Assembly: GCA_017654855.1 (NCBI GenBank)
Contig: CM030334.1
Coordinates: forward strand, 3,906,001-3,970,000
DNA length: 64,000 nucleotides
Reading direction: 5' to 3'
Origin: Podospora anserina
Lineage: Eukaryota
Shown: positions 60,501 through 64,000 of the stretch, piece by piece
Position numbering within the stretch: position 1 is the first letter of the stretch
How the letters are laid out: each line of letters begins with the position of its first letter
Notes under the pieces: model-generated
What the model saw: the letters and a program-made list of their open reading frames with translations, nothing else
The model's database searches: none
Told to the model about the DNA's origin: nothing
Position numbers and translations under genes: made by a program

Positions 60501-61880
60501 AAGGTGCCTACATATGCAGACCTACTGCAGCATGTCGATGCCGGCCAGCGGCGGGGAAGGTTCAGCAGCTGCGCGACAAGCCAACTCGGGGTGTGAAGAG
60601 CTCGCCACTTCAGCCTCAACACAGGGACACATCAATACGAACATGGAGGGACGGCATCGCGGCACATCGGCTCTTTTCCGGGCAATGTCGAAGCTCTATC
60701 CAAACTTACCAGGCCGCGTCTGCCGCCATCACCTCGGCCAACACGATTGGTCAATGGTATCGACGTCAGCAACTGGGTGCGGGAAGGCGGGGTAACTCGG
60801 TGTGAAATGGTACCCGGGACCTGCATTTGCGCAACCCACCACCACCACCCCACCAGCAGCAGCAATTAAGATCAATCAATCTATCTGTCTATCAATCGCC
60901 ACGGGCGATAATCAACTCAATGTCGTCAAACCTCAACATCGGGCATCAAGCACACAGACAGACAGACGACCTTGGAAGCCCAACGGCGCCTACCGCCCAC
61001 CGTTCACCGCCCGCCCACCGGCTTGGCGTTCAATGGCGGCGGTTTTCTAGTGCCGAAGACCACTTATCAATAATGTGAAAGATCAGTAACAAATCGGAAA
61101 CCATGCAGTCCTCGGTAATCAGGCCACCACGATGCCCATCTTGCGGCATCTCACACCCTGTATCGACAATAACTAACACTGCATTTTACTTCAATTCCGT
61201 CCCCGTCCCGGCATTCACATCGGGGGTTAGTATTCTCATTGGCCAGTCCCACCTGATAATTGGCCGCCTCCATCGACAAGGTTGCTTGTCTGCTTGTTTC
61301 GACACAGGTGGAGAAAGGCGTTTCTCGTGGGGCATCGGCAACCAGGTTGACAAGGACAGCCTTGGTTGTCAATTTCCTGGCAGGCCTGGCAGAAACCCCA
61401 GGGTCCTGTCATGCCTGTCTTTTCCTTTCTGTTGAGTGCTTGTGGCTGCCCATCAAGGTTCCACCGGCTGCCAGCGGTCTGGCCGACTCGCTATCGTGAG
61501 CTCGGCGTTGATCACTGCTCGCCTCGGCATGGCGGCCGAGACGAGCTTGGACGATCAACACCCAAAACCGCCATTACTGGAGCCCGCGATATTGTGCTGA
61601 TCACTACCTGTCCGGCTCATTTGGCAGAGAGGCGTGAGTGAGATGCTGGTAGCATCGCAGAGTACCTCGGTTTCAGGCATTACATACGCGCATTTCAAGC
61701 AAGATGGTAAGATAGACGACGGGTGTGATTATGATCTGATACTTTTTGGAGCCGGCGTGGCTCCCAAGCGTCACAACGCTCGAGAACTCCGTCTCTCGGC
61801 ATGAACTATCGGCGGAAATCGCTACACTACACCGATCATCAACCACATGTGACACCAGCAACACGCATCAGATTCCATTC

Positions 61881-63298
61881 TCATCGTGGCGCATACACAA
61901 ACGCCAACTGATCCACTTCACTTCCGTCCTGCCCAACAAACCCGACAATCTGCCACCCGCTTGGAGCCGTGAATGTTTGGCAGGAACTGGTCGCCGAGCC
62001 CGCTGTGAGACTGCGCCCTGAAGAAGTCACAGCTCGGATATAAAAGTTGCGAATTTGCCCGTTACGTTGGCCGCTGCAGAGCTCGGCCTGGGTCCAGTAT
62101 TCGGTCGCTCCCAGGGCGAGAGAAACAACACTCCCGCCGGTGCCGCCGTGGGCGAATATAGTGCCGTCTGTCAGTGTCAGTCCGACGCTATCAAGACGGG
62201 ATCCTCCTCGGAAAGTGATGGTTGCCGTCTTTGGCTTGTTGGTCCCGGCAAGGACGGGGACATCGCTGAACCAGGTGCCGTGGGGACCGCCGAACAAGCT
62301 GCTCTGACGAAGGGACGCTCCAGAGGACCAGGTGTAGTTGACAAGGACTGGGTTGTGATCTGTCAGGATGTTGCCGTCGGCCTGAAGGAACCGCAAAGTA
62401 TCGTAGCGGACGTCGGTGGCCTGGAGGTTGAGGAGCGGGCTAGCCCGGTAAAAGACCTTGTCCACGATTTCACACAGGTCGTTGGCAGCGGGGTTGCCGC
62501 ATGAGCTGGGGGACTGGGGAATGACGTTATTGTAGAGGAGCTCAACCCAGGCATCCTTGAGTCGGGGGCCGGAAGGATTCTCGCTGGCGAGCAAATCCCG
62601 GATGCCCGTGTCGCCTGTCCGAGTGTAGCGGCTGTTGAAATCACCAGCCACAACGACAGCATTGCCCTTGCTCCACGTGGCAATGTAGTCAACCACCTGC
62701 TTCACGTTGTCGTTTCGGGCAGTAAGATCACCAGGCTCGACACCGGCGTCGGCGTGGAGATTGTAGAAATCAACATAGGCCGCAGTGGAGCTGTCGGATG
62801 AGATGGCCACACGCATGAAGGTGAAGCCTTTCGGCGTCAGACAATCGGACTGGCTCGCATCGGAGCATTTGTTCCACTTGATACGCCGAAAGTCAACCCA
62901 GGGAAGGTAGGACACGGTGTTGAGACCCGAACCAAACGGAACACCGCCCGATGTGGCAGTCCTGTGCGGATGCGTGTTGGTCCGGTAGATGTGAGCGTGG
63001 TAGTTGAAGTCCTGTCACCAACGTGTCAATGCTCCGATTCGGGTGATGATCTTGAAACAAGGAGTCAGGGACCTACCTCTTGCAGCTGCACGACGTCGAT
63101 CCCATACTCGGAGAACTTTGCACCCATGGCCGCCGCGTTGGCTGCCTTGTCGCCGGGAACACCATTGTCGTTGAGGATGGCCGGGAGGCCGGCCACATTG
63201 ATGGTCAGGACGTCAAAGTTGCCCGACGTGGCCGCGAGGGCACCCTCTAGCAGCAACGCTGACGAGAACGCCGCGAGTCTTGATGTGGACAGCTTCAT
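61881..63298 (-). CDS. Secreted endonuclease/exonuclease/phosphatase-fold protein with C-terminal jacalin-like lectin; intron 63012-63076
   Basis: Signal peptide; TINVAGLP, QE-DFNYH, NLHADAG, AGDFNS, VDKVFYR and TDHNPV (EEP motifs); GGPHG..F.D and GHGGTGG-like jacalin motifs. Confidence 0.88.
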
Positions 63299-64000
63299 CT
63301 TGACAAGATGGTCAAACTCCAAAGGTAGGGTGCTGGGTTTGGCCGTGGAAGTCTACGTAACAAGCCACACGCAGAAAGACGCCCCCCCTTATACATCGAC
63401 AGCCATCGCCTCTCGTCCTCTTAACGACCGTCCTTGGCATGGCCAGTCTTACCTATTCGAGATATCTTTCGTACTACCCACCCTTTTGGTCGAGTTGGAA
63501 GTGTCTTTACACGTGTAACCGAGATGATTGACAGACGGCTCCCCGCCTTGAATTCGGCTCTTGCTCCTCGCTCGTCGGTGGAGGTTCCTGGTTTTGAGGA
63601 TGGGCGTCCGGCGCGATGTCACCTCAACCGGTGCCCCGCATGACGTTGCCCAGCCTTGACCGGATCGCGCGAGATGAGCGCGTGGACGAAGATTTTAAGA
63701 TCTGAATGCCGCGTGGGCCGATGTGGGGATGTCATTGGGTTTCCCAGAAGAGGGTCTGCTATCGGCTCTCGCGGCTCCGGCGGTGGGCCGGGTTCACGGC
63801 AGGTGCCGGAGCCCCCTGGACGGGCGAGGGTGGGGCCGTGTCGGCGTCAACCCGGCTCATCCTCTTCCAGAATCTGAGTCTCATCTTCTCGAACAATTCT
63901 TATGTTTCAGTCGTTGATCATTCTATTTTCTCGACATGTCCAGGATGAGCACTGGTTGGTTGTTAACTTGTTGAAACCAAACACGCACGTCATGGGCGGG

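Noticed and set aside
1-64000. Starship or Spok-type element, or amyloid signalling motif (HET-s/PP/sigma) on the NLRs
   Set aside because: No DUF3435 tyrosine recombinase, Spok-like ORF or N-terminal amyloid repeat was recognised.

Overview
Intron-containing genomic DNA of a filamentous ascomycete, probably a Sordariales fungus such as Podospora (inferred from gene content and LTR style). Conserved genes: a complete biotin cluster (bioB, bioF, bifunctional bioDA, the last with a nested [D2,3] stwintron), GMC oxidoreductase, MFS transporter, DUF1992 protein, BTN1/CLN3, M13 and M28 peptidases, an inorganic pyrophosphatase paralog, an SMP-C2 lipid-transfer protein, an SH3-RasGEF and a secreted EEP-jacalin protein. 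Three patches of allorecognition or cell-death-type genes, several of them decaying, are interspersed: (1) a PNP_UDP-NACHT-ankyrin NLR pseudogene; (2) an FTA2/kinase-like gene, a conserved hypothetical gene and a large NACHT-helical repeat-ZZ NLR; (3) a Clr5-domain pseudogene, a small orphan gene, a HET-domain gene and an ~830-aa protein whose C-terminus resembles a bacterial HicA-type toxin, preceded by a 21-bp tandem array and a solo-LTR relic. The HicA-like/HET patch is the best candidate for an undescribed system. No tRNA, rRNA or CRISPR was recognised. Family calls come from motif recognition by eye, not from database searches.
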